From Lama guanicoe (Eukaryota), in NCBI GenBank assembly GCA_013239625.1, contig MU053994.1, positions 1,927,589 through 1,991,588 on the forward strand: a stretch of DNA of 64,000 nucleotides. The letters are read 5' to 3'. Shown piece after piece: positions 12,548-24,712 of the stretch (positions within the stretch are counted from its first letter, which is position 1; each line of letters starts with the position of its first letter). The position numbers and the translations under genes were made by a program. The notes under the pieces were generated by a model that ran no database searches, had not been told where the DNA came from, and was given only the letters and a program-made list of their open reading frames with translations.

Positions 12548-13139
12548 GGCAGACATTTTTTAAATGAGCTTTGCTAATGGCTGAAGGAGGAACAGGAGCA
12601 CAAGTAATATAAAATCACACTCATTTCCCAAGTCCAGATTCCAGGAGGTAGGCATGTCAAGATGCAGAGGACCACCCTTGGTTCCAGACCCACCCTCCGG
12701 ACTCAGATAAGGGAGCTAGAGTGCCAGCCAGCGGCCCCGACTTTGCCTCAGTCCCCTGCTCCACTCCCAGCCTACGACAAGCCAAGGCCACCTTCCTCCA
12801 AGACTCAGACACCAGTCTCTGTTCCAGGGCCTGCAGGAGTCATTTCCCTGTCCTTCTGCCTTGGTGTGCCACCTCCCGACTCCCCTCGGTCTCTCCCACA
12901 TGATGTGAGGGCGCAGTGAGCTTGTGGATGATTTGCAGGACAGCCGTGCTTGACAGCCAGCAAATAATAGAGCGCCCTGGCTCTATGTTATCTAATCCAC
13001 CTACCTCTGGAGCTTCCCTTGGCAACTCATTCAGGAAGCACCCCTCCCCCAACACCATCTGGAAATGGTTTTTGAGAAATCTACTCATTATTGTTAAAAA
13101 GCAACACATAGGCTTTTGCAAGATACAGTTGCAAGAGCA

Positions 13140-13262
13140 GCCCCTAAACTGTAAGTTCCTGGAAGGTAGGGATTTTTGTTTTGTGCCCCGCTGTATAACC
13201 ACCACCTGGCACATAGTAGGAGCTGGAGAAAAGACAGTGGAACGCATGAGGATGAATAAACT
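13140..13262 (+). mobile_element. L2 3' fragment
   Basis: ACTGTAAGTTCCTGGAAGGTAGGGA...CCTGGCACATAGTAGG. Confidence 0.75.
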
Positions 13263-13272
13263 TACAAAAGGA

Positions 13273-13795
13273 TGTTCCAGTTATTTCTGCATAACAAGTC
13301 ACTCCAAAATTGAGGAGCTTAACAACCATTTTATTATGCTTGTAGTTTCCATGGGGTGGTGTTTTGGACAGGACACAGCAGAGATGCCCCATCTCTCTGT
13401 CTGCCCCACGATGTCTAGGGTCTCAGCTGAAACAAGGTGAAGGTTTGGGAGCTGGAAGCATCTGGAGACTCCTTCAGTCACATGTCTGGCACATGGGCTA
13501 AAATGACTCAAAGTCTGAGTTCAGCTGGACTGTCAATCTGAACACCAATGTGTGGCTTCTTTGTGTGGACTGGGCTTCCCCACAGCATGGCCGACTCAGG
13601 GTAATCAGAGTGCTTACATGACAGCCACTCAGGGCTCCAAGGTGGAAGCTGCCTGGCTTTCATGACCCAGCCCTGTGACACTCTTAGTTGAAGCTGTCAT
13701 CAACCCATCCAGATTCAAGGGGAGGAGAAACAGACCCCACCTCCCATTAGAAAACATGTCAGGAAACTCTGGGGTCATGTTTTTAAACCACCACA
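13273..13795 (-). mobile_element. MLT1F-like solo LTR
   Basis: TG...CA ends (TGTTCCAGTTA...TTTTAAACCACCACA); internal CAGATTCAAGGGGAGG. Confidence 0.85.
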
Positions 13796-13834
13796 AAGGC
13801 TGAAAGATGAGAAAGCCCTGTCTCCTAAGGATGT

Positions 13835-14130
13835 TGCATTCATTTCCTCAACAGAATTTATCTTGTGCATCCACCATGTGTCAAGCCCTGGGTTGGGTGA
13901 TGCGTAGGGATTAAGGGAGTGAACAAAATAGAACCAATTTTCCCCATACGTGCGTCCTTCCTTTCTGGGGAATTGACTAGGTTTGAAGGAGCCCTGTGAA
14001 TTGCTTTGTGGTAACTTAAGGTGGGCCAGCCTCTCTGCCCTCGTGTAGCCTGCATTCCACTGGAGAAGACAGACATTAAACAAACATGCAAACAAATGCA
14101 TAGTTATAGATCATGATGAGCGCTATTAAG
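13835..14130 (-). mobile_element. L2 3' fragment interrupted by a 106-bp templated insertion
   Basis: CATTCATT...CCATGTGTCAAG...GTGAACAAAATAGA | insert | GCCCTCGTGTAGC...AGACAGACATTAAACAA, collinear with the reverse L2 tail. Confidence 0.75.
13933..14038 (+). repeat. Inverted duplication, copy 1 (pairs with 14994-15099)
   Basis: Hand alignment: 102/106 identical to the reverse complement of 14994-15099, no gaps. Confidence 0.97.
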
Positions 14131-14204
14131 TGGGGTGGCCGGGGTGGGGAGGACGGGAATTGCCCTAAGAAAGAAGAGGGAGATTTCATTTAGATGGTAA
14201 GTAC

Positions 14205-14630
14205 CTTGCTCCTCTAGAAACAAGGTTTTGAGTGCAAGCAGTTTCTTTAGAGGTGATTCTTGGAATCACCATAGGGCAATGAGGGCAGGAGAAAGAGCGG
14301 GTCAGGAAGCCGGAGGATGCTACCACTGTAGGTGAATGGGTCACTTCTGGTTGACAGTGTGGAACACACCTCAGACTGTCCCACTGGAAGGACAAGGATG
14401 CTGGGGCATCTACCCACCAAATCCTAATATAGCTGTAGTTGGGGATACTAGTGCCGGCTGCCCTCCCCCATCGGCACTGTCCATTAAGGCAGCCATGGAG
14501 AGCCTCGGGCAAAGGGCCCCAAGTGCTGGTGGAAAGACCGTCACTTGGCTCCGGAAACAAAAGGGATGTGGACGGACACCAAGGTGCCTGCCCCAGGGGT
14601 CGGGGGCCCTCTCTGATCAAGCGATCTCTC
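14205..14630 (-). mobile_element. LTR16-like (ERVL) solo LTR
   Basis: CAAGGTTTTGAGTGCAAGCAGTTTCTTTAGAGGTGATTC resembles the reverse LTR16 end. Confidence 0.6.
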
Positions 14631-14993
14631 AAAGAAGGAGTTCAAGTGTTAAGAACACAGGATCTGTAGATGCTGTGTATATTTCTCTGTGTTACATGTG
14701 GGTTTTCACCAAACATCACCCCAATGCCAGCACTTAGCACAGTGCCTTGGATAGCAATGCATTTGGGGCTTTCTTCCTAATGACTAAGGGTTCACAATGA
14801 CTGTCCATGCTGACCACCTGGCCCCCACCCACCGGCCCTCCTTTGTGACTAATGGAAAAACATTAGCAAAACGGCCCACGGGCAGGCAAGGTGGAGCCGT
14901 TTGTGCCCAGGAGAGTTTTTCCTTTGTGTGATGTTAGCAGCCAGCAGTTGTGGGTGCCACGCCCTGCAACTCTGACCTCAGCTGAGCTTCGCA

Positions 14994-15099
14994 GCAGAGA
15001 GGCTGGCCCACCTTAAGTTACCAAGAAGCAATTCACAGGGCTCCTTCAAACCTAGTCAATTCCCCAGAAAGGAAGAATGCACGTATGGGGAAAATTGGT
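14994..15099 (-). repeat. Inverted duplication, copy 2 (probable donor)
   Basis: Reverse complement of 13933-14038, set in unique sequence. Confidence 0.97.
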
Positions 15100-15782
15100 A
15101 AGCCCCACCCTTATCCAGGGGTGGTCACATTAGCCGGAGACCATGCTCTTAACACATACCGGGTTCACAGTCAAGGCTGGCAGGTGGCTCTCCAGCTCTG
15201 GACCCCTTAGTGAGTTTCCAAGAGAATACCCGCAGTTCGGAAAAGCTTTGCCAGGCTAGACTCCACCAAATCACAAGGCAGCCTCGAACTGGGGGTGATG
15301 CTCCAAAATGGCATTTAATAAATTAGAGTAACAGGAGGAAAAAAAATCCCTGAAAGGAAAGGTATTTTTACTAAGACAATATAATACCTTTTTATTTTCA
15401 AATTGCTAAATAGAGTATCTGTAAAATGTTCAAAGAGCATTTGTCTTAATGATCCTTTTAAAGCATCCTTTTCCAATTCCGCAGCTACCAAGTATCAAAT
15501 ATATGCCATGCCCCGGGTTAAGCAATTTTTTTAAGTTAAAAATAATAATAATGACTGTCGACGAGGTAGTGAAGGCACTTGGCAGGGTGGGTGACTGAAG
15601 TCCGGAAGCTGTTGGCTGCTTGTCAACGCGTTTCCCTGCTGTGTGTGCTGTGGTCACCTGCTGCTTACCTGAGGGGTGGACTCACCTGCGGGCTCCTCAG
15701 TGCACGCCCATGCATCGGCCAACCCCTGTGTCTTGCCTGGGTCACTGCCACCTTGAGGACAGCCAAACTGTGGGGGTGTGTG

Positions 15783-15975
15783 AGGCAGGGAGAGGGAGGG
15801 TGGGAAAGGGAGGGGAGAAAGGAAGGAAGGAAAGGGAATGGGGGGAAGGGAGAGGGGAAAGAGAATGGAAAAGGGGAGACGAGAGGAGAGAGCAAGGGAA
15901 GGAGAGAGTGAACTTGAGAAAGGGAGAGGAGAGGAGGAGGGAGAAAGGGGGGAGAGGAGGGGAGGGATGGAAAAG
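15783..15975 (+). repeat. GA-rich polypurine tract
   Basis: Directly visible. Confidence 0.85.
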
Positions 15976-17039
15976 CCAGGAAGTCAAATTCCTAAGGCAT
16001 TGATAAATAGAATCCCAGCTGCACCAAGAACAGAGCAGTGGTAAAATCATTCACACTCGGAATTCCTGACAGTGGAAAATAAACTCATCATTGCCAGTGA
16101 ATGGAAACTTCAGGGCGATGACGTCCGGGACTCCAGACCCCACATCCCGTGTCCCCGGCATAGGGTGCAAAAGCCTTAGTGGGTTGAGAAAGGGGGCAGG
16201 GGACCTGCCTGAGGAGACACCCCTGGAAGTCTTTGGATCAAGTTGCACCAAAATCCAAAAAGGTGGAGAAAAGTTGGAGGTCAGAAGATGGGGAAGAGCA
16301 GGAGGCAGCCTGTGTCATGGAGGGGCACGGAACTGAGGCCAGAACCCAAGGAGCCTGGTGGGTGGGGTGACCTGAAGGCGAGGGCACCAGTCAGGGATGA
16401 GGAGTGGAAGGAAGGAAGAAGGTGCTAGGTTGCGGGGAAGGAAAATAAAACCCGGGGCAGGCATTATGAAGCCTTTGCAGCAGCAAGGATCAGAAGCCTT
16501 GCCTGTGTGGTGGACAAGACTCTGTCGCTGGCAACCTGGGTCTGTGCCCCCCCTCACCCTGGTACCCAGGGTTTGAGTGTCCCCAGAGGTTGGGCTTGGC
16601 CAGAAGCTCCTCAGGCTTCGGCATTCTCCTCACCCACAATCCCTCCGCCTGGTGTGAGGGGAAAGGCCTGGGCAGTGCTTCGCCTTCTGACCCCAACCGC
16701 CTTCCTCTTCCCTGATGCTGAGCTCCTCCACGGAGGGCTGCTGGCCACTGATGCGAGGGGAGGGACGGACCCCCAGGGCCCCTTTTGTATTATAAGCTCC
16801 CCTCCCCCAACTTGTGACAGCCGGCACCTGTGACTCTTTCTGCAGGCTGCCCTCAGCTCCTGGAGCAGCTCATCCTCAGAGAGCCGGACGGATCTAGGCG
16901 TTTGAAGCTCCACTCCCAGGATCTCCCTGAGCCACGGCCGGCAAGACCAAGTGAGGGAGGATGACAGCTCAGCTCTCTTGCCTGGAGTCAGGACAGGCTG
17001 TGAGGTAGGACTTACCCTCCAGAGTCCCCCCATGGGGTC

Positions 17040-17197
17040 AGTCAGAGGCTACCCTCTGCAGCCGGCCTTTGTCTGAAATTCCTTCCTCCCCTTCCCAGTG
17101 CTGCCTCCCCCACACCTTCCAGGCATCTCCTGGAAGCCCTTCCGTAAGAAATCACTTCCACACAAATCCTCATCTCGTGGTCTGCTTCTGGGGAAAG
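17040..17197 (+). mobile_element. LTR16-like 3' fragment
   Basis: AAATCACTTCCACACAAATCCTCATCTCGTGGTCTGCTTCTGGGGAA. Confidence 0.55.
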
Positions 17198-17852
17198 GGA
17201 AGTCACAGGGCCCACGGGCTGGGCAAGAACAACAGATACCGTGGATAGACATGTTACAGACGGCCCCTCAGCCAGTCCTGGGAACCAGACAGCCACACTG
17301 GGACTGAGCGTGTTGCACAGAAGAGGAAGCGGAAACTCGGTGATCAGAAGGGACGCTCCCCGGGTGGCACAGCTGGTGAGCAGAGCAGCCTAGATTAAAC
17401 CCAGCTGTTGCCAGCTCCGAAGCCAGCATTGAGTCCTTGACGTCCCACTGAAACGAGATGGGGGCTGCAGACTTTTCGGCAGGGAGCCCTGTTGCTTCGG
17501 AAAGGAGCTAACATCCCTGAGGCCCTGCTGCCAGGGGTGATCTGGGGCCAGCCGGGTGCTTAGGACGAGTGACCAAGGAGAGAGCAAAAGGTCCATTCCA
17601 GCCGAGTTTAGTAACTGACGTCTCCGCCTTCACCAGCTCACCCGGACCCAGTTCCCCAAAGCCCTGCTGCATTTGCCAAGCACCCAGAAGCCTTCAGCTC
17701 GGGCGCCCGCTGGTTCATCAAGCCTGCCGTTCTCCGTGTGGTTTTTTTTAAGACAACCCCCTAAAGCTGGCACTACTAGGAGGAGGGCAGAAGCTGCCAA
17801 AAACACCCTATGAATAAACGTTCAGGGTTCCATCCAGAGACGCCCACAGTGA

Positions 17853-17901
17853 CTGATGAGTCATCAGATGACCAGCTGTCACCACGGAGCGCTATATATA
17901 G
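17853..17901. promoter_or_regulatory. AP-1 + E-box/MEIS + MEF2 motif cluster
   Basis: CTGATGAGTCATCAG (17853-17867), CAGATG, CAGCTGTCA (17873-17881), CTATATATAG (17892-17901). Confidence 0.4.
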
Positions 17902-18287
17902 AAGGGGAAGGCCGGAGGGGTGCCTAACCTAGTGCAAGGAGGAGAAACATGCCTCCAGGAGGCGGGGCCCCAGCCGGGGGTGGGGCAGGCCTGGGGCACC
18001 TGGAAACTGCACCCTCAGCTCTCCCAAAGATCCAGGTCAGCGATTCCCCAGCACAGCAGGCTGCTTGCGCTAGAAACAGGCAGCCACAGGGCCGGACGCG
18101 GGCGATGCCAGCGCACTGATGATGATTACTGCTAATGATGGTAATGGGAGAATAATCGCTCAGAGAACTTCCCGCACGTCGCCGCATGTTCTTCCCATCA
18201 CACGTACAGACGGAGGACTTACCAACAGCGCTGCCATTTAAACAGCCCAAATTGAGCTTCCAGCCCCCAGGCTTGGCTAGGCTAGGC

Positions 18288-18610
18288 CTGCGCTGTCCGA
18301 TACGGTGGCCACTGGCCACGTGTGGCTGCTGAGCGCTTGCAATGCGGTCAGTCCTCGGCATAAAATACACACCGGATTTCGCAGACTCAGGTTCTGAGAA
18401 AAAAGAACGCAAACGATCTCATTAATAATTTTTTCTTGACTACATGTTGAAATGATACTATGTGGGATACACTGGGTGAAATAAGAGATTATTAAAATTA
18501 ATTTCACCTGTTTCTTTCTTTAACCTTTTTAATGTGGCTACTACAACATTCCAAAGGACGTATGTGGCTCACATTTGTGGCTTGCATTATATTTCTATTG
18601 GACAGCACTG
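18288..18610. mobile_element. MER33 (hAT-Charlie1 derivative)
   Basis: Terminal inverted repeats CTGCGCTGTCCGATA...TATTGGACAGCACTG; internal ATTAAAATTAATTTCACCTGTTTC. Confidence 0.85.
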
Positions 18611-19149
18611 GGTTACAGGCTAGAGGCCAGAACCTTCAGGAAATCCTGGCTATGCCCTCTCCTGACAAATAAAGCCTGCTTCCTGGTTCAAGGCTGAGCG
18701 AGGCCAAGGCTGCTCTCCAGACAATGCCAGCGGCCAGTCACAGCTCCACACATTGGTCACAGAAGCCCCAGGTGGCACCCAAAAGCCCCCCACCCCAAGT
18801 GTCTGTCAATCAATCTCCAACTTGCCCCCTCATAGCTTCCGAAAACCCCAGTCTTCCTGGGGAAGGTTGATGAATTCTCCCTGGCTCTGTCGCTCTTCTC
18901 CCGTCCCCCACTTCACCCCCAGGAGAGTTCGAGTTGGGAGGGTCGTAAAATAAGGCAACTTCACAAATGAAGCAGCCCTTTCCCTTGCATATGCAAACAG
19001 CAGAGTCAAAGAAAGAAAAGAAAGGAGAAACAGAAAGAGAAATCCTCACCGGACAATTCACACCGAGAGGGAGAAACTGTCCTGGAGACAGACACACAAA
19101 CGTCACATGCTCTGCCCACAGAGACCTGGGGGACAGGGCAACAGGGCAC

Positions 19150-19418
19150 GTGCATGTGTGTGCGTGTGTGTGTGTCTGTCTGTCTGTCTGTCTGTGTGTG
19201 CCTGTGTGAGTCTGTGTGTGTCTATGTATCTGTGCATCTGTGTCTGTGTGTGTCTGTGTGCATATGTTTGTGTGTCTGTCTGTGTGTATGTCTGTATGTA
19301 TGTGTCTGTCTGTGTCTGTGTCTGTGTCTGTCTGTGTGTCTGTCTCTCTGTGTGTGTCTGTCTGTCTGTCTGCGTGTGTGCCTGTGTGTGTGTGTCTGTG
19401 TCTGAATGTGTCTGTGTG
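19150..19418. repeat. Compound (TG)n/(TCTG)n microsatellite
   Basis: Directly visible. Confidence 0.95.
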
Positions 19419-19883
19419 GGGTGGAGGGGAGAGTTGACAGCCTCCCCTTTGTGGCAAGGGCTGCCCTTCCTTTCTGTGTCAGTTTAAATTATTCACATCA
19501 GGACAATGGAAAGAATATAGCAAAATAAAAAATGCATCGGGGCCAGGCGGGCCCTGGATTCCTGTGTGGTGGAAACAACCCGGGGCCAGGGCGGGGGGTT
19601 GAGGGGAAGCCGCCTGCCCCACACCCAGGAGCGGGCTTGGCTTCAGGTGGCTTTGCTCCCTCTGGTGTTGACAGGGCCCAGGCCTGGGAGACTTCGGCAG
19701 TTTCGTGAGGAACCGGTTCTCCTGTCAGGCAAGGCCTGGAGGGCCCCGGCAGACCACAGCCCCTCTCGAGCCAGGCCGGGGGCTGCCCTGCTCCAGTGAA
19801 AAGAATCTGAGCATCATTCACAGAAGCCCTTACAAGGTTAAAAAAAAAAAACTAAAAACTAAAGGAAAAAAAAAGAAAAAGCA

Positions 19884-20420
19884 TAATGGCAGACTGCATT
19901 TTCCAGGATGGCCACAACACAGTCTCCAATGCCACATGCCCTTCGTCCAACCCGATGTCTCTCTTCCCATCAAGAGCTAGGGTCTACGGTCCCTCCCCTG
20001 GAACCTGTCTGGATCTGTGACAATGGTCAAAGTGCCACTGTGTGACTTCTAAGGCTTTCTGTCTCAGGGTACTCACTCCTAGAAACCAGCCACCATGCTG
20101 TGGGGAAGCCCAGACTACACAGAGAGGCGTCACGGAGACGTTCCAGCTGACAGCCCCAGCTGAGATCCCCGCCAACAGCCGGCATCGATGACCGGACACA
20201 GGCGCCAGGGAGGACCTCACCCTCAGGCACTGTCTGATGCACCAGCCTGAGACAGAGACACAGACAGAGACTGCGACGGAGACTGAGACAGAGAGAGAGC
20301 CGGCTAGCCGAGGGCAGACAGCCCCCCAAAACAGCAGGAGAGAATAATAATAGGAGAATTGTTTTTTAAAGTCAGTAAGTTTCGGAGTGATTCATTATGC
20401 AGTGATAGATAACCAGAACA
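19884..20420 (+). mobile_element. MLT1F/G-like solo LTR
   Basis: CCCATCAAGAG, CAGCCACCATGCTGTGGGGAAGCCCA, and end TTATGCAGTGATAGATAACCAGAACA. Confidence 0.8.
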
Positions 20421-20544
20421 CAGGCCAAAATACACACGCACGCACACGCACGCACACGCACACGCACGCACACAAAAGCGCCACTTCACAGGACGTGTTA
20501 GAAGCCCTGGGCGGCAGGCCTGGGGCTTACCATGTAGGCAGCGG

Positions 20545-20760
20545 GGCCAGGCTGCTGGGATCAAATCCCAGTCCCGCCACTTCTCCTCTCCAACCTTGGG
20601 GGAGTAAATTGACACCTCTGCCTCCGTTTCCTCATCTCTGCACGAGGAACCACACTCGAGCCCTCCACTCCGGGATGTTGGTGAGGATGAAATGTGATAA
20701 CCCACATCTGGTGCTCCGATTGGCGCCAGGCATGCAGTAAGCGCCCAATAACTGCTGGCT
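20545..20760 (+). mobile_element. MIR SINE
   Basis: GGATCAAATCCCAG...CCTCCGTTTCCTCATCT...GTGAGGATGAAATG...AGTAAGCGCCCAATAA. Confidence 0.8.
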
Positions 20761-21899
20761 GTGTGAAGATCTTAGTCGATTTCTCTCTTTCCACTTCCTA
20801 ACAGGTGGGCTGAGAAACATGCCATTTCTGGCAGACACTCTGCTGACTGTCTTTTTCCATCACACTGAGGTCACCGGCTCGGGCCCCACACTTATTTGTT
20901 TTGTAAAAATGTCAGCAGCTGGGCCCCGTCCCTTCCCCCAGCCCTTGTGGGAAGTGAGCTCCCCTCCCCCTGCGGTGTTTGAGTTCTGTTCCCTGCCACT
21001 GTCATCTCCCTCCTTTGCCTTGCAAACCCTTGATTAGCAGAAGACTGAACACTGGCTCACAGCTGACCTCCATACCTGTTTTTAAACTCCCTGGGCCCGG
21101 CCCAGCCACAGAGCTGTGGGACACACGTTGGGCGGACAGCGGATGACGACAGCCGGCTGGCTGCTCGCCCCACCCTCTCCTTTGGTGGGGTGGCTGAACC
21201 TTGCAGCCCGGGATGCCCAGTTCTTCTACGCGCTGCTGGCAGCTGGGACCCAGCTCCGGGAGGCAGCTCCCACAGCGCGCAGCGGACCAGGCTGATACAG
21301 ATCGGCTCCTGCTGGAGCAAGCACTCCTCCCTGCCCGGCCCCCTCGGGTACCAACAGCGGCAGGGGCCAGGCCCCTCCCATTAAGAACTGGAGAAGCCAA
21401 GGGCGGAGCAGAAGAAAGTCAGCTGCAGGGACCTATTCTGTCCGGCTGAGGCTTGCCTGGCCTACACAAGGGCCTCCAGTGCCTGGATTCTGCCCCACCC
21501 TAAGTCCCCTGTCTGAGACACCCGTGTTCCTCTGACTCTCTGGCTGTCTTTCTCTGGGGGGTTGGGGGACCCAACCTCACAACAAACCTCCCACGGTCTT
21601 CTCTCTCACCCTCTGTTGGTGGTAACTGGCTTCCCTACATAGCTCCTCCCACGTCCGCCTCCCCCCCGCCCCTCCCACCAAGTGGCCGCCGCTGGGCCTC
21701 AGTGGGTCCTCCGGCATCACCTAAGCCTCTTTGGGCTGCAGGGTAGACAGGCAGGCTTTTGAAGAGCTCACCAGCTCCCTTACTTGGACGACTCCCTGCT
21801 CCAGTCCTTTGAGTCACTTTGAAAAATGATTCTTACTCTTTAACGAACCAATGGGGTCTTTAGAAAGGACACCTGGAACTTTCTCTGCAGCTACTAGCT

Positions 21900-22075
21900 G
21901 TGTCAATGGAAGCACTACTGATATCTGGGCCTGGACAAATGTCCATTGCATTGGACACTTCCCCCCGCCCCATTGTAGGGTGTTAAGTGTCCTTGGCCTC
22001 CCGCCCACTGAATGCCAGTAGCACCCCCTAGTCATTGTGACAACTAAAAAGGTGCCCCCATTTCCAAATCCACGC
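21900..22075. mobile_element. MER20-like
   Basis: CCCACTGAATGCCAGTAGCACCCC...TTGTGACAACTAAAAA. Confidence 0.7.
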
Positions 22076-22426
22076 AGCCCTCCAAAGCAGGGGAACGGCT
22101 CCTGAACAGGGAAGCAGCGTTCATCTCCAGATAAAATTCCTTCTACTCCACAAGCATCGCTGAGCTGCATCTCCCCGCAGGATCGCTTATGCCCACTTGC
22201 TCCGTGCCATCTCCCTCCCACCGCAGTGCAGCAACTCCTTTCTTCCGTTCCCACGCTCATACGCTCACACGCTCACACTGCGCACTCCCTAACTCTATTC
22301 CCCTTCATTAAGGATTAATCTATGGAGTGGGTTGCCCCTGATAGATCATATGCAGCAAAGCGTTTACTGAGAGATCATTTGTATAATTCCACACCTGCCC
22401 TTCCATTCCTGGCATCACTTAAATAA

Positions 22427-22460
22427 GTAGATAGATAGATAGATAGATAGACAGATAGAT
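22427..22460. repeat. (TAGA)n microsatellite
   Basis: Directly visible. Confidence 0.9.
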
Positions 22461-24146
22461 ATTGTTGGCAGAGTTCCACAGGAGCTGTTTGTCCTCCGAA
22501 GTTCTATTGAGGCAGAATTCCCAGTTTAACCCCAAATGCTGAGCTCCTCTGCCTCCACTGTGAGGCTGTTTGTACCTTAACAAGAGAAGAGAAATCTAGT
22601 CTTCTAAAGAAAGAGAAAGGGGAATAAAATACTCTTCCCTCTACAGTGTCTACGGGCTGCACCCACTTGTCAATATAACACAGGGACGCTAGAAACTTTC
22701 ATCTGTCCCTTGAGCTACCTTCTGACCAAAAAACCATTACCAGCCTGGCACAAAGTGCCCATCCCTGGATCAGCCAGGAGAGGAAACATCCATTCTGACA
22801 GGGACAGAGCTTTGACACGCCTGCTGGCAGTGTGGCATGTCTGTGGGTTTAGCTGAAGTGGGTCCAGATATGATGGGCGGTTTTCCTCCTTGGCACAGCC
22901 GTTCTTAACACCAGTAGCTTCCCGCTGGTGTCTTAGATTCCCGATCTCATAATGACCGTCTAGGCCTGAGAGTGAAAGGGGGTTAGTCTTCTGGAGTCCA
23001 AGTTTACAGAGCTGGTGGAACATATGGCCTCTCTTCCCAGAATAAGACATGCACATGGACGTGTGGGGTGTGCCCATTCCTGGTCACACAGAATTTTTGC
23101 ACAGAAAATTCAAAACAAAACCAGCCCTGGTTTACCCCAATGGGGTATCTGACGTCAAAGAAGCTCTGGGGACACACAGAGATACGATTCAGTTCCAGTG
23201 GGTAAGGAGACCAACATTCGAGCAGTTCTTCCCTGAAAAGAGCCAAGAGCCTTGTGAAGATGACGGCCACTGTAGACACAGTCACTGGTTTGCAAATACA
23301 GCTAGAGATAGTGAGAGAAAGTTCCTGGAGCCCACTGTTGCTCCCAAACACACCAAAAAAGTACGCGGATTACTTAGGAGAGAGGCCATAAAACAAAATG
23401 ACCTTGAAAAACTCTAAGCCCAGTGCCCCCAAAATGAAATAATTCATGCTGGTGGCAGTTCCTGGAGCTGATAACACTGCACTGCCTTCCATTTGTACCA
23501 TGCTTTGCACAGTTCACGTTGCTTTCCTGGCCATTACTCCATCATTCTCTCAACCACTCCGTGAGGAAGGCAGGGCTGGTATTCTTGCTCCCATTAAGAG
23601 GTTACAACAAAAAAGGAAGGCTCGGAGAGCCGAAGTGATGCCAGGAAGGACATGCTGATTGGTAATAGCAGGTCTAGAAGGAGAACTTGGGGGTCAGCTG
23701 CCCCCCAAGTCCAACAGTCATAAGAATTGGAGGGGCTACTAAACCACCAGAGGGTAACCAACTGACAATAAAAATAATAACCACAATTTCCCTTTTGTAA
23801 GCCAGACCCCTAAAATTCTGTCCCCGGTGCTTTAGCCTCCCAGACAGTTCATGAAAAGGAAGAACTCTCAAGGTCCTTTTCTGGAATTGGGGCTTGGGAG
23901 CCTGGAATTTAAACTTATGCCTATAATTCCAAATATTTTCTCGTCTCTTACTACTTATGGATGTGGATATTTATTGGCAGGTATGATCCATTGGGGGCCA
24001 TATTTGTAACAATCCACTACACATATGAGCAAATTATCTCCATACCCACACGGTGCCTGAAATGCCATAATTTACCTTTCAGATTTTTGACCCAAACATT
24101 GCCCTCTTTTGGCTTACTCTTTTAAAAAATCAGGCTTGGTTTCATT

Positions 24147-24700
24147 GCATATCCCGTGACCCAGCAATTTCAAGGCATATAGGCAAGAGAAATGAGTGTT
24201 TATGCTCGCTGACAGCCATACACACAAATGCATGTAGCAGTTTTATTCAGAACAGCCCCAAACTGGAAACAACCCCAATGGCCACCAAGAGGAGGGCAGA
24301 TAAAGTGACCATGATGTAGTCATACGCAGGGACACTACACAGCATTGAAAAAAGAACAAATGACTGCTCCATGTGACAACATGCATGGATGGATGGATGG
24401 ATGGATGGATGTCCCAGGCTATGTTGAGTGAAAGAAGCCAGACCCACAAGAGTACATACTGTATGATTCTAGTTAACGGAGGTTCACAAACAGACGAAAT
24501 AAGTCTATATTGTTAGTAGTCAGAATAATGGTGATCTCTGAGGGAAAGTCAAAATGTCAATTGAGAGGGGGCATAAGTAACTTCTGGGGTGGGTGCTGAC
24601 AATGTCCCGTATCTTGATTTGGGTCATCATGGATCTATACTTACGTAAAAAGCCATAGACTTGCACACTTAAGATTGGTGGACTTTACTGAATCTACGTT
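24147..24700 (+). mobile_element. L1 3' fragment (L1ME/MB-like) with internal (TGGA)n
   Basis: GACCCAGCAATT, CCCAAACTGGAAACAACCC, AGTGAAAGAAGCCAGAC, ACATACTGTATGATTC. Confidence 0.85.
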
Positions 24701-24712
24701 AAATCTGTAATT

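Noticed and set aside
13933..15099. DNA transposon with 106-bp terminal inverted repeats
   Set aside because: No TSD or transposase, and the L2 continues collinearly across the left copy.
18810..19487. ORFs up to 215 aa rich in Thr/His/Asp or Cys/Val
   Set aside because: Translation of the (TG)/(TCTG) microsatellite.
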